DNA from: an uncultured Actinomycetota bacterium
Lineage (GTDB): Bacteria; Actinomycetota; Actinomycetes; JAHEKZ01
Assembly: GCA_963829525.1 (NCBI GenBank)
Contig: CAWHIJ010000003.1
Location: 1,984,001 to 2,048,000 of the forward strand
Length of the DNA: 64,000 nt
Direction of reading: 5' to 3'
This document shows positions 51,797-62,501 of this stretch, one piece after another. Position 1 is the stretch's first letter, and every line of letters begins with the position of its first letter. Below the pieces are notes generated by a model. That model did not search any database. It was not told the DNA's origin and worked only from the letters and a program-made list of their open reading frames with translations. The translations under genes were made by a program, and so were the position numbers.

Positions 51797-52908
51797 GGCG
51801 TGAGAACCGGGTCGGAGCCGGCAACGGCTGGCAGCGGCGACCGAGGGTTGGGGCAGCAGCCGGCGGCACACCTGTCGGGACTTGCTCCCAGCGCACCGAC
51901 CCGAGGCCGTTGCTCGGGGGGTACACCGTCCAGTCGCTCCCTCACCAGCTCACCGACCATCGCCACCATGCGAGGGTCACTACCGGGAGTAGCGACCCGA
52001 ATCATCGGTAGGTCTGCGTCGGCGGCGGTAGCCCTGGCCTGCGTGTCGAGGTCCCAAAGAACCTCCATGTGGTCGGAGACGAAGCCGATAGGCACGACGA
52101 CAGCCGTGGTGCACCCTTCCCCAGCAAGCGCCCGAAGATGGGCGTCGATGTCCGGCTCCAACCACGGGATGTGCGGACCTCCGCTTCGCGACTGGTAGAC
52201 GAGGTCCCAGGGCAGGTCGACACCCGTCTCAGCGCTGACCTGCGATGCGACGTATCCAGCCACCTCTCGGTGCTGCCGGACATACGACCCTCCAGGTGAT
52301 CCAGTCGCCGGGCCACTGCTGTCGGCCATCGACACAGGGATGGAGTGTGTCGTGAAGACCAGGCGCGCGTTCGACCTCTCGGCCTCACTCAAGGCACGCA
52401 CGGCGTCAGCGGTGGCATCGACGAACGGAGCGACAAAGCCGGCGTGGTTGAAGTACGGGCCAAGGCGCTCGATCGTCGGCCCGGTCTCGCCAAGCTCGCT
52501 GAGAGCCGCCGCAAGGTTCTCGCGATACTGCCGACATCCGCTGTACGAGGAGTAGGCGGAGGTGAAGAAGGCAAGTGCTCGCTTCACGCCGTCCGCGCGC
52601 ATCTGCCTGAGTGCGTCGACGAGGTAGGGGTTCCAGTTCCGGTTGCCCCAGTAGACCGGGAGATCGATCCCCTGGTTCGGCAGTTCCGCACGCAGCTTGG
52701 TGAGGAACTCGCGGTTCTGCGCATTGATCGGGCTGACTCCGTCGAAGTGGAAGTAGTGCTGCCCAACCTCCCGCAACCGCTCATCGGGGATTCCCCGGCC
52801 CCGCGTGACGTTCTGCAGGAACGGCACCACCTGGTCTGGCCCTTCGGGCCCACCGAACGACACGAAGAGCAAGGCATCGAACGTGCCCGCCGATGAGTGA
52901 TTGGCCAT
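51793..52908 (-). CDS. hemH: Ferrochelatase (coproporphyrin ferrochelatase)
   Basis: SFGGPEG, GNRNW, FTTHSIP, YQSRSG..WLEP and GFVSDHMEV. Confidence 0.95.
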   Translation of the reverse strand: MANHSSAGTFDALLFVSFGGPEGPDQVVPFLQNVTRGRGIPDERLREVGQHYFHFDGVSPINAQNREFLTKLRAELPNQGIDLPVYWGNRNWNPYLVDALRQMRADGVKRALAFFTSAYSSYSGCRQYRENLAAALSELGETGPTIERLGPYFNHAGFVAPFVDATADAVRALSEAERSNARLVFTTHSIPVSMADSSGPATGSPGGSYVRQHREVAGYVASQVSAETGVDLPWDLVYQSRSGGPHIPWLEPDIDAHLRALAGEGCTTAVVVPIGFVSDHMEVLWDLDTQARATAADADLPMIRVATPGSDPRMVAMVGELVRERLDGVPPEQRPRVGALGASPDRCAAGCCPNPRSPLPAVAGSDPVLTP

Positions 52909-53001
52909 GGCATCATCCTGGCAGCAAACGCGGCAAGGCGCCGGACAGCGAGCCACCGCACCAAGCCATGTAAGGGGCGACGCTCCAGATAGCGTTGCGG
53001 A

Positions 53002-54225
53002 ATGGCCAGTCCCTACGTTCAGCTGCTGCGGACACCGCGCGCCTGGCCCTTCTCACTGGCTGGGTTCTTCGCAAGGCTGCCACTGGCCATGGGCGGCTTA
53101 GCCCTCCTCCTGCTCATCGTCGACAGCACCGACTCGTACTTCCTGGCCGGTGCCGTCGATGCCACCTACATTTTGGTCGGGGCGTTCGCCGCGCCAGCGA
53201 TCGCCATGTTGATTGATCGATACGGCCAACGCCGCGTCATCGGACCGCAGATCACCGTTCACGTCTTCGCTGTCACCGTGATCTTGCTTCTGTCAGCGGC
53301 CGATGCCGAGCTTTGGACCTTTTTCATCGCCGCGGCTGTCGCGGGTGCCGCACTGCCGGTCATCGGGTCGGCGGTGCGGGCCAGATGGTCGTACGTATTG
53401 GGCGAATCTCCTCTGCTCAGGAGCGCCTACTCGTGGGAGTCGGTTGTCGACGAGTTCGTCTTCATCGTCGGTCCTCCCCTCGCTGCTGGAGTGGCGGCAA
53501 GTGTCGGAGCGCCGGCCGCTCTGGCGCTGACCGCCGTGATCGGAGCCAGCGGAACTGCGGCCCTCTTGGTGCAGAGCTCGACCGAGCCGGCCCCGCGACC
53601 GGAGACCCGTCTGGGGGGACGCCTGGCGATCACCTACCCGGGAATGCCGGCGATCGTCGTGGTCATGGCGATGCTCGGCGTCGTGTTCGCTGGAGTGGAG
53701 GTCACAGTCATCGCCACCGCCCGAGAGGGTGGCAGCGTCGCCGCAGCCGGTGTCGTCCTGGCCCTCTGGTCGGTCAGCTCGATGCTCTCCGGACTGATCA
53801 TCGGTGGGACGCAACGGCTGCCCGGACTCCCAGTGCAGCTCGTCGCCGGTGCCGCCGCCACCACCCTCCTGCTGGCTCCGCTCTTCTTCGTTCACTCCTT
53901 GGTCGGCATCGGTACCGTGCTCTTCTTCGCCGGTGCCGGTGTCTCCCCAGCGCTCATAGCCGGTTTCGCCCTCGCGGCTCGCCTGGTGCCCGGCTCAGCC
54001 CTGACTCAGGCGCTGACCTGGACCTCGACCGCCATCGGCGTGGGCTTTGCCCTCGGGTCGCCCGCTAGCGGTTGGCTGGTCGACGAAGTGTCGATCAACG
54101 CCGGCTTCTGGGTTGCCATCACGGCAGGTGCTGTAGCTACGTCGGCAGCCCTGGTGGGGATGCCACGCTTGGGGCACCGCTACACCGATCCCGGGGAGAG
54201 CACCGAGTCGACTGGGCGGGTGTGA
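53002..54225 (+). CDS. MFS transporter
   Basis: About 12 TM segments; LIDRYGQRRV motif A. Confidence 0.9.
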   Translation: MASPYVQLLRTPRAWPFSLAGFFARLPLAMGGLALLLLIVDSTDSYFLAGAVDATYILVGAFAAPAIAMLIDRYGQRRVIGPQITVHVFAVTVILLLSAADAELWTFFIAAAVAGAALPVIGSAVRARWSYVLGESPLLRSAYSWESVVDEFVFIVGPPLAAGVAASVGAPAALALTAVIGASGTAALLVQSSTEPAPRPETRLGGRLAITYPGMPAIVVVMAMLGVVFAGVEVTVIATAREGGSVAAAGVVLALWSVSSMLSGLIIGGTQRLPGLPVQLVAGAAATTLLLAPLFFVHSLVGIGTVLFFAGAGVSPALIAGFALAARLVPGSALTQALTWTSTAIGVGFALGSPASGWLVDEVSINAGFWVAITAGAVATSAALVGMPRLGHRYTDPGESTESTGRV

Positions 54226-54238
54226 CATTCTTGCCGCC

Positions 54239-55069
54239 ATGGCAGACCTTCGACTGGTGGGCGTCACCGATGACGGTGCCCGACTGATCCTCCAACGCGA
54301 GGACGGTGGGAAAGAGCATCTGGCGGTAGACGAGCGGCTGCGTTCCCTAGTACGCCGTCCGGCAGCAGAAGCCACGCAAACCCAGCTCGATCTCGAGAGC
54401 CGGCTCAGCCCGCGTGAGATCCAAGCGCGGATCAGGAGTGGCCAGAGCATGGACGAGGTCGCCGCTGAGGCAGGAATTTCGGTCGAACGCGTCGAACGGT
54501 TCGCCGGTCCGATCCTGCACGAGCGAGAGCACATCGCCCAGGAGGCGGCCAAGGTCAGCGTCCGCCGCGACGACCACGGCGCCGTCATGCTGCTGGGAGA
54601 GCTGGTCGGGCAACGTCTTGAGCAGCGCGGGGTTCCCCGGGACGGGATGCACTGGGACGCCTGGCGCCGCAAAGATGGCGGCTGGGAAGTGCGCCTCGAC
54701 TACCTCGCCGGCGGCAAGGAGCGATCGGCGGAGTGGGTCTACGACCCGGCACGACGAACGATGACTGCCGACGACGACGAGGCTCGCTGGTTGCTGGAAG
54801 AAGAGGCTACGGCTGAAGTTACCCCGCTGCGTTCGCTTCGTTCAGTCGAGGAAACTGCGCATGCTGACGCGGAGACCGACGCTGATGAGACTGACCAAGA
54901 GCCAGTAGCCGAGGGTGAGCGGCCCGTGAAGGCGGGGACTCAAGAGGCCATCGACACCCTGCTGCGCGGACGCGAGACGGTTCCCGATGCCCCACCGGCG
55001 AAGCGGAAGAAGAAGGCATCAGTACCGAGTTGGGACGAGATCCTCTTCGGCTCACGCAAGCCGGAATGA
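54239..55069 (+). CDS. sepH: Septation protein SepH (DUF3071)
   Basis: LSPREIQARIRSG, VERFAGPIL.ER, WDAWRR and C-terminal SVPSWDEILFG. Confidence 0.92.
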   Translation: MADLRLVGVTDDGARLILQREDGGKEHLAVDERLRSLVRRPAAEATQTQLDLESRLSPREIQARIRSGQSMDEVAAEAGISVERVERFAGPILHEREHIAQEAAKVSVRRDDHGAVMLLGELVGQRLEQRGVPRDGMHWDAWRRKDGGWEVRLDYLAGGKERSAEWVYDPARRTMTADDDEARWLLEEEATAEVTPLRSLRSVEETAHADAETDADETDQEPVAEGERPVKAGTQEAIDTLLRGRETVPDAPPAKRKKKASVPSWDEILFGSRKPE

Positions 55070-55115
55070 ACCTGAATAGACCTGAGTAGACCCGGGCCTT
55101 TCGCTCCCACTGCGC

Positions 55116-55709
55116 TCAGCGGCTGGTCGCGTGTGACAACGACTCGGCGAAGGCAACCGCCTGCTCGATGCCCTCGATGCCGTCAGCTGCCACTGAGACG
55201 CGCACCGAGAAGTCGTCGACCGTCGCGCTGCCAGTGAAGCCGTGGTCAGCTTCGCACTCCGGGTCGCCGCAGCTGGCTGGCTCGAGGTCGAGCCGGCTGA
55301 TGGCGCCCCAACCAACCGAGATGACCACCTCGCGGGGCAGTGCACCCGGGTCGTAGCTGGCGGGGTTGTCGACAACGTGGCTGACGACCACCGACGCCAG
55401 CCGGTCGATTCGCACCGCCTCGGTGCTCGTGGCTGCGTGTGGCAGACCGCTTAGCTCGTCGGCCGGGTAGTCGTCGGTGTGGCCAATCACCAGGCGTGTG
55501 GGCGTCAGCAAGACGACAGTGAGGTGGCGGCGCAGCTCGTCACGGTCGAAGGTAGCCTCGTGATGGACGAGGAATGAGACGAGATCTTCGTCAGCCATGG
55601 ACAGCGCCAGGGAATGCAGCACCACGTTGGGGTAGTACCCACACCGCTCAACGGCCGCACGGAGCTCGCTCTGTTGCTGACCCTGAGTGGTCACTGGGAG
55701 ATCTGTCAT
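55116..55709 (-). CDS. DUF5998 family protein
   Basis: GYYP, HEATFD..ELRRH and DLEPASCGDPECEADHG. Confidence 0.88.
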   Translation of the reverse strand: MTDLPVTTQGQQQSELRAAVERCGYYPNVVLHSLALSMADEDLVSFLVHHEATFDRDELRRHLTVVLLTPTRLVIGHTDDYPADELSGLPHAATSTEAVRIDRLASVVVSHVVDNPASYDPGALPREVVISVGWGAISRLDLEPASCGDPECEADHGFTGSATVDDFSVRVSVAADGIEGIEQAVAFAESLSHATSR

Positions 55710-55750
55710 GTCGTCCATTGTGGCACCGGCCACCGACCGGCCCACCGGGG

Positions 55751-58408
55751 TCAGCCGAGAAGCCGCCTGGCCGGTAGGTCAGTCCGACTCCGCGGGTGGC
55801 GCAAGGTGACGGCCGCACCCAGGACGGCGAGCCCACTCTCAGCAGCCACAACGGGTCGAAGTACCAGGTGAGCGACCTCGGGCACATCGTCGGCAAGACG
55901 AGCTACCCGAGCCACCAGATCGCCAAGCAATGCACGGTCGACGGCATGGCCCGATCGCGTCTGCCGCAGCAGCCCCGCAGCTCGCGGTCGGTCGAGCAGC
56001 TGTTGCACATCGTGAGCTGTCAGCGGCGGGACTGCGTAGGCGTGATCACCCATGACGTCGTAGGCCACCCCACTCAGCCCAAAGGTCACCACCGGTCCGA
56101 AGAGCGGGTCCTCAGTGGTCTCGATGACCACTGACACACCAGGGTCGGCCTGCCGCTGCACCACCAAACGGTCGTAGTCCAGCCGCTTGAGGTCGGCGAG
56201 CCGAGCGGCGAACTGGTGGCGAAGCTCACCCTCGTCAGCAATGTCGAAGAAGACGCCCCCAAGGTCGCTGCGCAGACGGAGGTAGGTGTCCACGGTCTTG
56301 AGGACAACCGGATATCCGAGCTCGCGCGCGGCTTGGGCTGCCTCGTCGGCGTTCCGGGCGGTGCGATGTGGCCACAACGTCACGCCGTAATGAGCGAGAA
56401 GCGTTGTCGCCTCCGCGTCGGTGAGAGTGCGCTCTTCCACGCCGGCAACCAGCCAACCACTCACTTGGGCGCGAGCGCTCTCAACGTCGATGCCAACGGG
56501 AACGACGGGGGTGTCACTGGCGTGCCGGCGCCAAACCTCGTAACGATGGACGGCTGCGAGCGCTCGCACGGCGTCCTCCACCGCCGGATACGTAGGGACT
56601 GACCCGACCTGGTGGCGCCCCGTGGCCAGGTCGTCAAGCAGGCGGTGCGTGCCCTCCACGGCGAACATCACCCCAACGATGGTGGTGTTGGCGCGCGCTG
56701 CCACCCGCAAGATGGCAGCAGCGGCGCCTGCACCGGTTTGGTGCAGACCCGGCACATACATCGTGAGGATTGCGTCGACGGCCGGGTCGTCGGCTGCTGC
56801 AGCAAGCGCACGTTCGAACTCCTCAGAGGTCGAGTGAGGTCCGAAGACTATGGGTGGGTCTACCCACTGCAGTCCGGCGCTTGATACGGCATCGGCAGCC
56901 ATCAAGGTCATGGCATCGGAGTTGCTCATCGCCAGGACACGGTTGCCCTTCGGCAGCGGTTGAGTCACTAGCAACTGCGCCACGTCGTACATCTCCGAGA
57001 CTGTCTCGGTGCGAATCACTCCGGACTGCGTGAACATCTGCTCGAACGCATCGGCCTGCAGCCCAGACGTACGAACCGCGTGCCCCAGCGGAGCCCCCTG
57101 GGTCGAGCGCCCGGTCTTGACGGCCACGATCGGCTTGCGGACGCCGAGTCTCCTGGCTATCCGGCTGAACTTGCGCGGGTTACCGATCGACTCGAGGTAG
57201 AGCATCACCAGTTGGGTGGCCTCGTCGTCCTCCCAGTACTGCAGCAGGTCGTTGCCACTGATGTCAGCGCGGTTGCCAGCGGACACGAACGTCGAGATGC
57301 CGAGGTCACGCTTGCTTGCTGCCTCCAGCAGGGCAGCCCCAGGCGCACCGGACTGAGCAAAGAAGCCGATCGGGCCACGTTGAGGTACATGCGGCGAAAG
57401 TGACGCGTTCAGGTGGACGTCGTCATCGGTGTTGATGAAGCCGAGAGCGTTCGGGCCCAGGACCCGAAGACCGGACGCGCGCGCAGTGCGCATCAGCGCC
57501 TGCTGGGCGGCCCAGCCCTCTTGGCCGCTCTCACCAAAGCCGGACGAGACCACCACCAGGCTCAGCACTCCGGCCGCTGCGGCGTCCTGGACGATGTCGG
57601 CCACTGCCTCGGCCGGGGTCGCCACGATTGCCAGGTCGATCGGCCCCGGAGCCGCCTGAATCGTCGGATAGCACGGCACACCGGCTACCTCGCTACCGGC
57701 GTTCGGATTGACGGCGACGACCCGGCCCGTGAAGCCGCCGTCGACGACGTGCCGAGCGACGGCGTAACCGATCGATTTCGGGTCACGGCTGGCACCCACC
57801 ACGGCGACCGACCTGGGACGAACCAGGCGGGCAACCGAGTTGGCCTCAGCGCGCTGCTCGCGGGCGTGGGTGACCGCCAGCGAGGACACCGTCGGGGTGA
57901 TGTCGAACGACAGGGCGATGAAACCTTCATCACGAGAGGTCTCCGCGGTGTACCCCGCATGCTCGAAGACCTCAAGCATGCGGGCATTCTCTGGCAGGAC
58001 CTCCGCCACAAAGCGACGAATCCCGCGCTCGCGCGCCGCCTGGGCGATATGTTCGAGGAAGATCGTGCCGAGCCCGCGCCCCTGGTGCTCGTCCTCGATC
58101 ACGAAGGCAACCTCAGCCTCGGCGTCGGCAACCCGGTCGTACCGGACGACGCCGATGATCGCGTCACCGATTGTGGCCACGAGAGCGGCCCGATCGCGGT
58201 AGTCGACGTGAGTGAAGCGTTCGACATCTCGATCGGACAGGCGCGGATAAGGAGCAAAGAACCGGTAGTACACCGTGGTCGCCGACAGGCGCGAGTGAAA
58301 TGCGATCAGCCCGGCGGCGTCGTCGGATCGGATCGGCCTCAGGTGACAGGTACCGCCGTCGCGCAGCACGACGTCGGCCTCCCACGCCTCGGGGTAGGTG
58401 ACGGCCAC
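55751..58408 (-). CDS. pat: Protein lysine acetyltransferase (N-terminal GNAT plus acyl-CoA ligase-like and ATP-grasp domains)
   Basis: EADVVLRDG, HQGRGLG, VAVVGAS, LGPNALG, SAGNRAD, YLESIGNPRKF and DPLFGP. Confidence 0.88.
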   Translation of the reverse strand: MAVTYPEAWEADVVLRDGGTCHLRPIRSDDAAGLIAFHSRLSATTVYYRFFAPYPRLSDRDVERFTHVDYRDRAALVATIGDAIIGVVRYDRVADAEAEVAFVIEDEHQGRGLGTIFLEHIAQAARERGIRRFVAEVLPENARMLEVFEHAGYTAETSRDEGFIALSFDITPTVSSLAVTHAREQRAEANSVARLVRPRSVAVVGASRDPKSIGYAVARHVVDGGFTGRVVAVNPNAGSEVAGVPCYPTIQAAPGPIDLAIVATPAEAVADIVQDAAAAGVLSLVVVSSGFGESGQEGWAAQQALMRTARASGLRVLGPNALGFINTDDDVHLNASLSPHVPQRGPIGFFAQSGAPGAALLEAASKRDLGISTFVSAGNRADISGNDLLQYWEDDEATQLVMLYLESIGNPRKFSRIARRLGVRKPIVAVKTGRSTQGAPLGHAVRTSGLQADAFEQMFTQSGVIRTETVSEMYDVAQLLVTQPLPKGNRVLAMSNSDAMTLMAADAVSSAGLQWVDPPIVFGPHSTSEEFERALAAAADDPAVDAILTMYVPGLHQTGAGAAAAILRVAARANTTIVGVMFAVEGTHRLLDDLATGRHQVGSVPTYPAVEDAVRALAAVHRYEVWRRHASDTPVVPVGIDVESARAQVSGWLVAGVEERTLTDAEATTLLAHYGVTLWPHRTARNADEAAQAARELGYPVVLKTVDTYLRLRSDLGGVFFDIADEGELRHQFAARLADLKRLDYDRLVVQRQADPGVSVVIETTEDPLFGPVVTFGLSGVAYDVMGDHAYAVPPLTAHDVQQLLDRPRAAGLLRQTRSGHAVDRALLGDLVARVARLADDVPEVAHLVLRPVVAAESGLAVLGAAVTLRHPRSRTDLPARRLLG

Positions 58409-58436
58409 GCGTCCACGCTACTGCCCGCCGCATGTC

Positions 58437-58483
58437 CCCCTGGGTGTCGCCACAGCCCGCCGGATTTTCCCCTGGGTGTCACC
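58437..58483. promoter_or_regulatory. 15-bp direct repeat, possible regulator site
   Basis: CCCCTGGGTGTC(G/A)CC at 58437 and 58469, 32 bp apart, in a divergent intergenic region. Confidence 0.4.
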
Positions 58484-58549
58484 GGGGCCTCTGGCTCTGG
58501 CGCTGAGCCACTTCTCGGAGAAGGCTGGAGTCGTCGAAGGAGGTTAGCC

Positions 58550-58993
58550 GTGACCACTACGCTCTCCGCTCCCAACCGCACCCACTCCAACGCCCTCCGT
58601 CGGCTACGCGTACGTCGCGTCGCCGCTGTGTTCAGCGGACTCGTCACCGTGACCTACCTGTGGATGTTCTTCGCCATACGTGCTGCCGAGGCTGGCCTGC
58701 CCGAGAACACGTTCGGCGCCTACCTGCAGCTCACCGTCATCTACACGATTGGCACCGTCCTGCTCCTCACGGTGGAGAGCCACTGGGTTTGGGGTATCGG
58801 CGCGGCGGTTCAGGTCATCGTTCTCGTGCTGTTCGCTACGTTCGGGATCGCGATCTTCGACTACTCCGCCGTTGCTGACCTGCCGCTCACGCTGTGGGCT
58901 GGCGTTCTGACTTCTGCTGAGTTGGCGCTTCTCGGCCTGCTTGGCTACCTGGCAATCACCCCCAAGGCGACTGCCCCGCCCGAGACCGCCTGA
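58550..58993 (+). CDS. Hypothetical 4-TM membrane protein
   Basis: GGAGG RBS; four hydrophobic segments. Confidence 0.7.
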   Translation: MTTTLSAPNRTHSNALRRLRVRRVAAVFSGLVTVTYLWMFFAIRAAEAGLPENTFGAYLQLTVIYTIGTVLLLTVESHWVWGIGAAVQVIVLVLFATFGIAIFDYSAVADLPLTLWAGVLTSAELALLGLLGYLAITPKATAPPETA

Positions 58994-59087
58994 TTCGGGC
59001 CCAGCCGCGGGTCGCCGCCGCGCCTGGGGGTGGCTCGGGAGAGACTGGGCACGTCCGCCCCCCTGTCGCACTGGAGTCCCGTCCCGC

Positions 59088-61529
59088 ATGGCCCGTCGCA
59101 AGTCAACCCCAGGCCCCTCCGAGCCCGTCCGCGAGACGATCGTCGACGTCGACGTCGCCGAGGAGATGCAGGGCAGCTTCCTTGAGTACGCCTACTCCGT
59201 CATCTACTCGCGTGCCCTTCCCGATGCACGCGACGGTCTCAAGCCCGTGCACCGCCGGATCCTCTTCCAGATGGACGACATGGGGCTGCGACCAGACCGC
59301 GGCCACGTGAAGTCAGCCCGCGTCGTCGGTGAGGTGATGGGAAAGCTGCACCCGCACGGAGACGGCGCCATCTACGACGCCCTGGTGAGGATGGCACAAC
59401 CATTCTCGATGCGGTTGCCACTCGTCGACGGCCATGGCAACTTCGGCAGCCTCGACTCCGGCCCCGCTGCCATGCGGTACACCGAGTGCCGGCTGGATGC
59501 CGCCGCGCTACTGATGACGGGTTCGATCGACGAAGACGTTGTCGACTTCAACCCGAACTACGACGGCCAGCTCAGCGAACCGCAGGTTCTGCCAGCCGCT
59601 TACCCGAACCTGCTGGTCAACGGGGCCACCGGAATCGCTGTCGGGATGGCCACGAACATGGCCCCGCACAACCTCGTTGAGGTCATCTCGGCGGCTCGGC
59701 ACTTGCTGTCGCACCCGAAGTCCGACCTCGACACCATCATGCGCTTCATCCCTGGCCCCGACCTCCCGACCGGCGGAACCATTGTCGGCCTCGAGGGCAT
59801 CCGCGACGCTTACGCGACCGGCAAGGGTTCGTTCCGTGTGCGTGCGACCACCCGCATCGAGAACGTGACCCCGCGCCGCAAGGGCATCGTCGTCACAGAG
59901 TTGCCGATGGGTGTCGGCCCGGAGAAGGTCGTCGAGAAAATCTCCGACCTCGTACGCAACAAGAAGTTGCAGGGCATCGCTGGTCTGGTGGACCTCACCG
60001 ACCACGAGCAGGGACTGCGGCTGGTCGTCGAGGTGAAGAACGGCTTCAACCCCGACGCTGTGCTGGAAGAGCTCTACCGGCTCACTCCGATGGAGGACTC
60101 GTTCGGCATCAACAACGTCGCGCTCGTCGAGGGCCAGCCACGCACGCTCGGGCTCCTGGAGCTGCTGCAGGTCTACCTCGACCACCGGATCGAGATCATC
60201 CGGCGGCGCTGTGAGTTCCGCCGCCGCAAGGCGTCTGCCCGGCTGCACCTGGTCGACGGTCTGCTGATTGCCATCGTCGACATCGACGAGGTCATTGCGG
60301 TGATCCGCAGCTCGGATGACGCAACCCAGGCCAAGGAGCGCCTGATCAGCGTCTTTGATCTCAGCGACTTGCAGGCCACCTACATCCTCGACATGCCCTT
60401 GCGCCGGCTCACCAAGTTCAGCCGGATCGAGCTCGAGACCGAACGGGAAGAGCTGCTCGCGACGATCAACGAGCTCACCGAGATCCTCGACGACGAGAAA
60501 GCGCTCAGGAAACTGGTCTCGGGTGAGCTGGCAGACGTCGCCAAGCAGTTCGGAACCCCGCGTCGCACCGTCCTGCTCGAGTCAGCAGGACAGCCGACGA
60601 GGGCAGCAACGCCACTCGAGGTCACCGACGATCCGTGCCGAGTGCTGCTTTCGGCGACCGGACTCCTCGCCCGAACCGTCGACCCGACTCCCCTCAACCC
60701 GGTCAGCAAGCGCGCCAAGCACGATGTGATCGTCGGCGACGTTGCCACAACAGCGCGCGGTGAAGTTGGGCTGTTGACGTCTACTGGCGAGGTCGTCCGG
60801 CTCTCGGTGCTCGACCTTCCGGCTCTGCCGAACACCGCCACAGGACCAACACTCGCCGGCGGTGCTCCGGTGCGTGAGTTTGTCGACCTCGGCCGCGACG
60901 AGCGAGCCCTGGGTCTGGTGCCACTCGACGGTTCGGCAACCGTGGCGCTCGGCACCCGCGACGGCGTCGTCAAGCGGGTGACCGTCGAGCTGCTCACGAA
61001 CAAGGACCGGTGGGACCTCATCGGCCTCAAGGAGGGTGACGAAGTGGTAGGTACAGCTCCAGCCGCCGACAGCGACGACTTGGTGTTCGTTACCTCAGAC
61101 GGCCAGCTGCTGCGCTTCGGGGCGTCAGCCGTGCGCCCACAAGGGCGGGCGGCCGGTGGCATGGCTGGGGTGCGACTCAGCGTTGGAGCGCAGGTCTCTT
61201 TCTTCGGGGCAGTGCCGCACGGCGTCGCCGCAACGGTGGTCACGGTTTCGGGTAGTTCCGCTGCCCTGCCAGGTACCGAGGCCGGCTCGGTCAAGGTCAC
61301 CGACTACGCCGAGTACCCGGCCAAGGGGCGAGGAACCGGCGGCGTCCGCTGCCATCGCTTCCTCAGGGGCGAGGACACCATCATTCTGGCTTGGGCAGGG
61401 CCAGCCACGCCGATCGCTTGTGCTGGCGCCGGTGTGCCGATAGACCTTCCCCCGGCCGAGGGGCGACGCGACGGCAGCGGCGAACGCGCCCAACAGCCGA
61501 TCGCGGCTGTTGGGTCGAGCCGCGGGTGA
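59088..61529 (+). CDS. parC: DNA topoisomerase IV subunit A (GyrA-like)
   Basis: RALPDARDGLKPVHRR, HPHGD and AAMRYTE; located away from gyrB/oriC and next to pat, as for Streptomyces parC. Confidence 0.85.
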   Translation: MARRKSTPGPSEPVRETIVDVDVAEEMQGSFLEYAYSVIYSRALPDARDGLKPVHRRILFQMDDMGLRPDRGHVKSARVVGEVMGKLHPHGDGAIYDALVRMAQPFSMRLPLVDGHGNFGSLDSGPAAMRYTECRLDAAALLMTGSIDEDVVDFNPNYDGQLSEPQVLPAAYPNLLVNGATGIAVGMATNMAPHNLVEVISAARHLLSHPKSDLDTIMRFIPGPDLPTGGTIVGLEGIRDAYATGKGSFRVRATTRIENVTPRRKGIVVTELPMGVGPEKVVEKISDLVRNKKLQGIAGLVDLTDHEQGLRLVVEVKNGFNPDAVLEELYRLTPMEDSFGINNVALVEGQPRTLGLLELLQVYLDHRIEIIRRRCEFRRRKASARLHLVDGLLIAIVDIDEVIAVIRSSDDATQAKERLISVFDLSDLQATYILDMPLRRLTKFSRIELETEREELLATINELTEILDDEKALRKLVSGELADVAKQFGTPRRTVLLESAGQPTRAATPLEVTDDPCRVLLSATGLLARTVDPTPLNPVSKRAKHDVIVGDVATTARGEVGLLTSTGEVVRLSVLDLPALPNTATGPTLAGGAPVREFVDLGRDERALGLVPLDGSATVALGTRDGVVKRVTVELLTNKDRWDLIGLKEGDEVVGTAPAADSDDLVFVTSDGQLLRFGASAVRPQGRAAGGMAGVRLSVGAQVSFFGAVPHGVAATVVTVSGSSAALPGTEAGSVKVTDYAEYPAKGRGTGGVRCHRFLRGEDTIILAWAGPATPIACAGAGVPIDLPPAEGRRDGSGERAQQPIAAVGSSRG

Positions 61530-62407
61530 CTGTGACCTGCTCGGCCACTCGAGCTCAGACGAACGAGTCGCTCACCGGCACTGCCCCGCACGCCAGCCTC
61601 TGGGTGCTGCTCGAGCAACCTGGGCCGTGGGGGCGTGATGCGCTGACCGAGAGTCACTTGCCCGCGGACGTTGGACGCACATTAGCCACGTTGGCCGAGG
61701 CGGGTTCCGTGCGCGTCGGATTGATTCGCTCGGTGGGTGCCCATGCCGACATCAGGAGCGGTTCCCGCACCCTCTTGCTCTCCCGCACCGATGAAGGTGC
61801 CTCATGGCTAGCAGCTCGCACCGTCATCGACGTCGACTCACTCCCCGCTCTGCTCGAGGTCGACGCGCTGTTGGAGGCAGAGACGGTCCCGACCCACCTC
61901 CCAGGCGTGCCGCTGCCGGCGCCGACCAATGCGCTGTTGGTCTGCACCAATGCCAAGCGCGACCAGTGCTGTGCCGTGCTAGGGCGGCCGCTGGCGGCAG
62001 CGATGGTGACCGCGAGCGGTTCGGGTACACAGGTATGGGAGACCTCACATACCGGCGGTCACCGTTTCGCCCCTACGTTCGTCTCACTGCCCGACGGCTT
62101 CCTCTTCGGCGGACCGGATGCCGCCTCGCGCAGCCTCGACGCCTGCCGGGGTCGATCGTCACTGCTACCAGCTGGGCAAGCCGCCGAGCTCGCTGTGTTA
62201 GGCCGCCTCGGGGCTCACACGCCGCGGCCCCTCGACGTCCACCCTGTCGAAGGAGGTCGTTGGCGGGTCACCGAAGACGGCCAGAGCTTTCTTGTGGACG
62301 TTGTGCAACGCGCTGGAGCGGACCGACCCGAGTCATGCGGCAAAGCCGCGGTCCCCTCCCACTCCTGGAAGGTGACCCTCGTCGAGTCATCAGCCGGCAA
62401 CGTGTGA
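61526..62407 (+). CDS. Sucrase/ferredoxin-like protein
   Basis: EQPGPWG, LVCTNAKRDQCCA and WETSHTGGHRFAP. Confidence 0.88.
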   Translation: MTVTCSATRAQTNESLTGTAPHASLWVLLEQPGPWGRDALTESHLPADVGRTLATLAEAGSVRVGLIRSVGAHADIRSGSRTLLLSRTDEGASWLAARTVIDVDSLPALLEVDALLEAETVPTHLPGVPLPAPTNALLVCTNAKRDQCCAVLGRPLAAAMVTASGSGTQVWETSHTGGHRFAPTFVSLPDGFLFGGPDAASRSLDACRGRSSLLPAGQAAELAVLGRLGAHTPRPLDVHPVEGGRWRVTEDGQSFLVDVVQRAGADRPESCGKAAVPSHSWKVTLVESSAGNV

Positions 62408-62501
62408 CAGGCACTCTGTTGCGCAGCACTAGACCGATACTGCGTCAGCATGTCGCGGCGTTGGTTAGTTACGATATCGATCCACCGACGAAGGGAAGCC
62501 G

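Noticed and set aside
59088-61529. Calling the topoisomerase gyrA
   Set aside because: No adjacent gyrB/recF/dnaA; the context matches actinobacterial topo IV parC.
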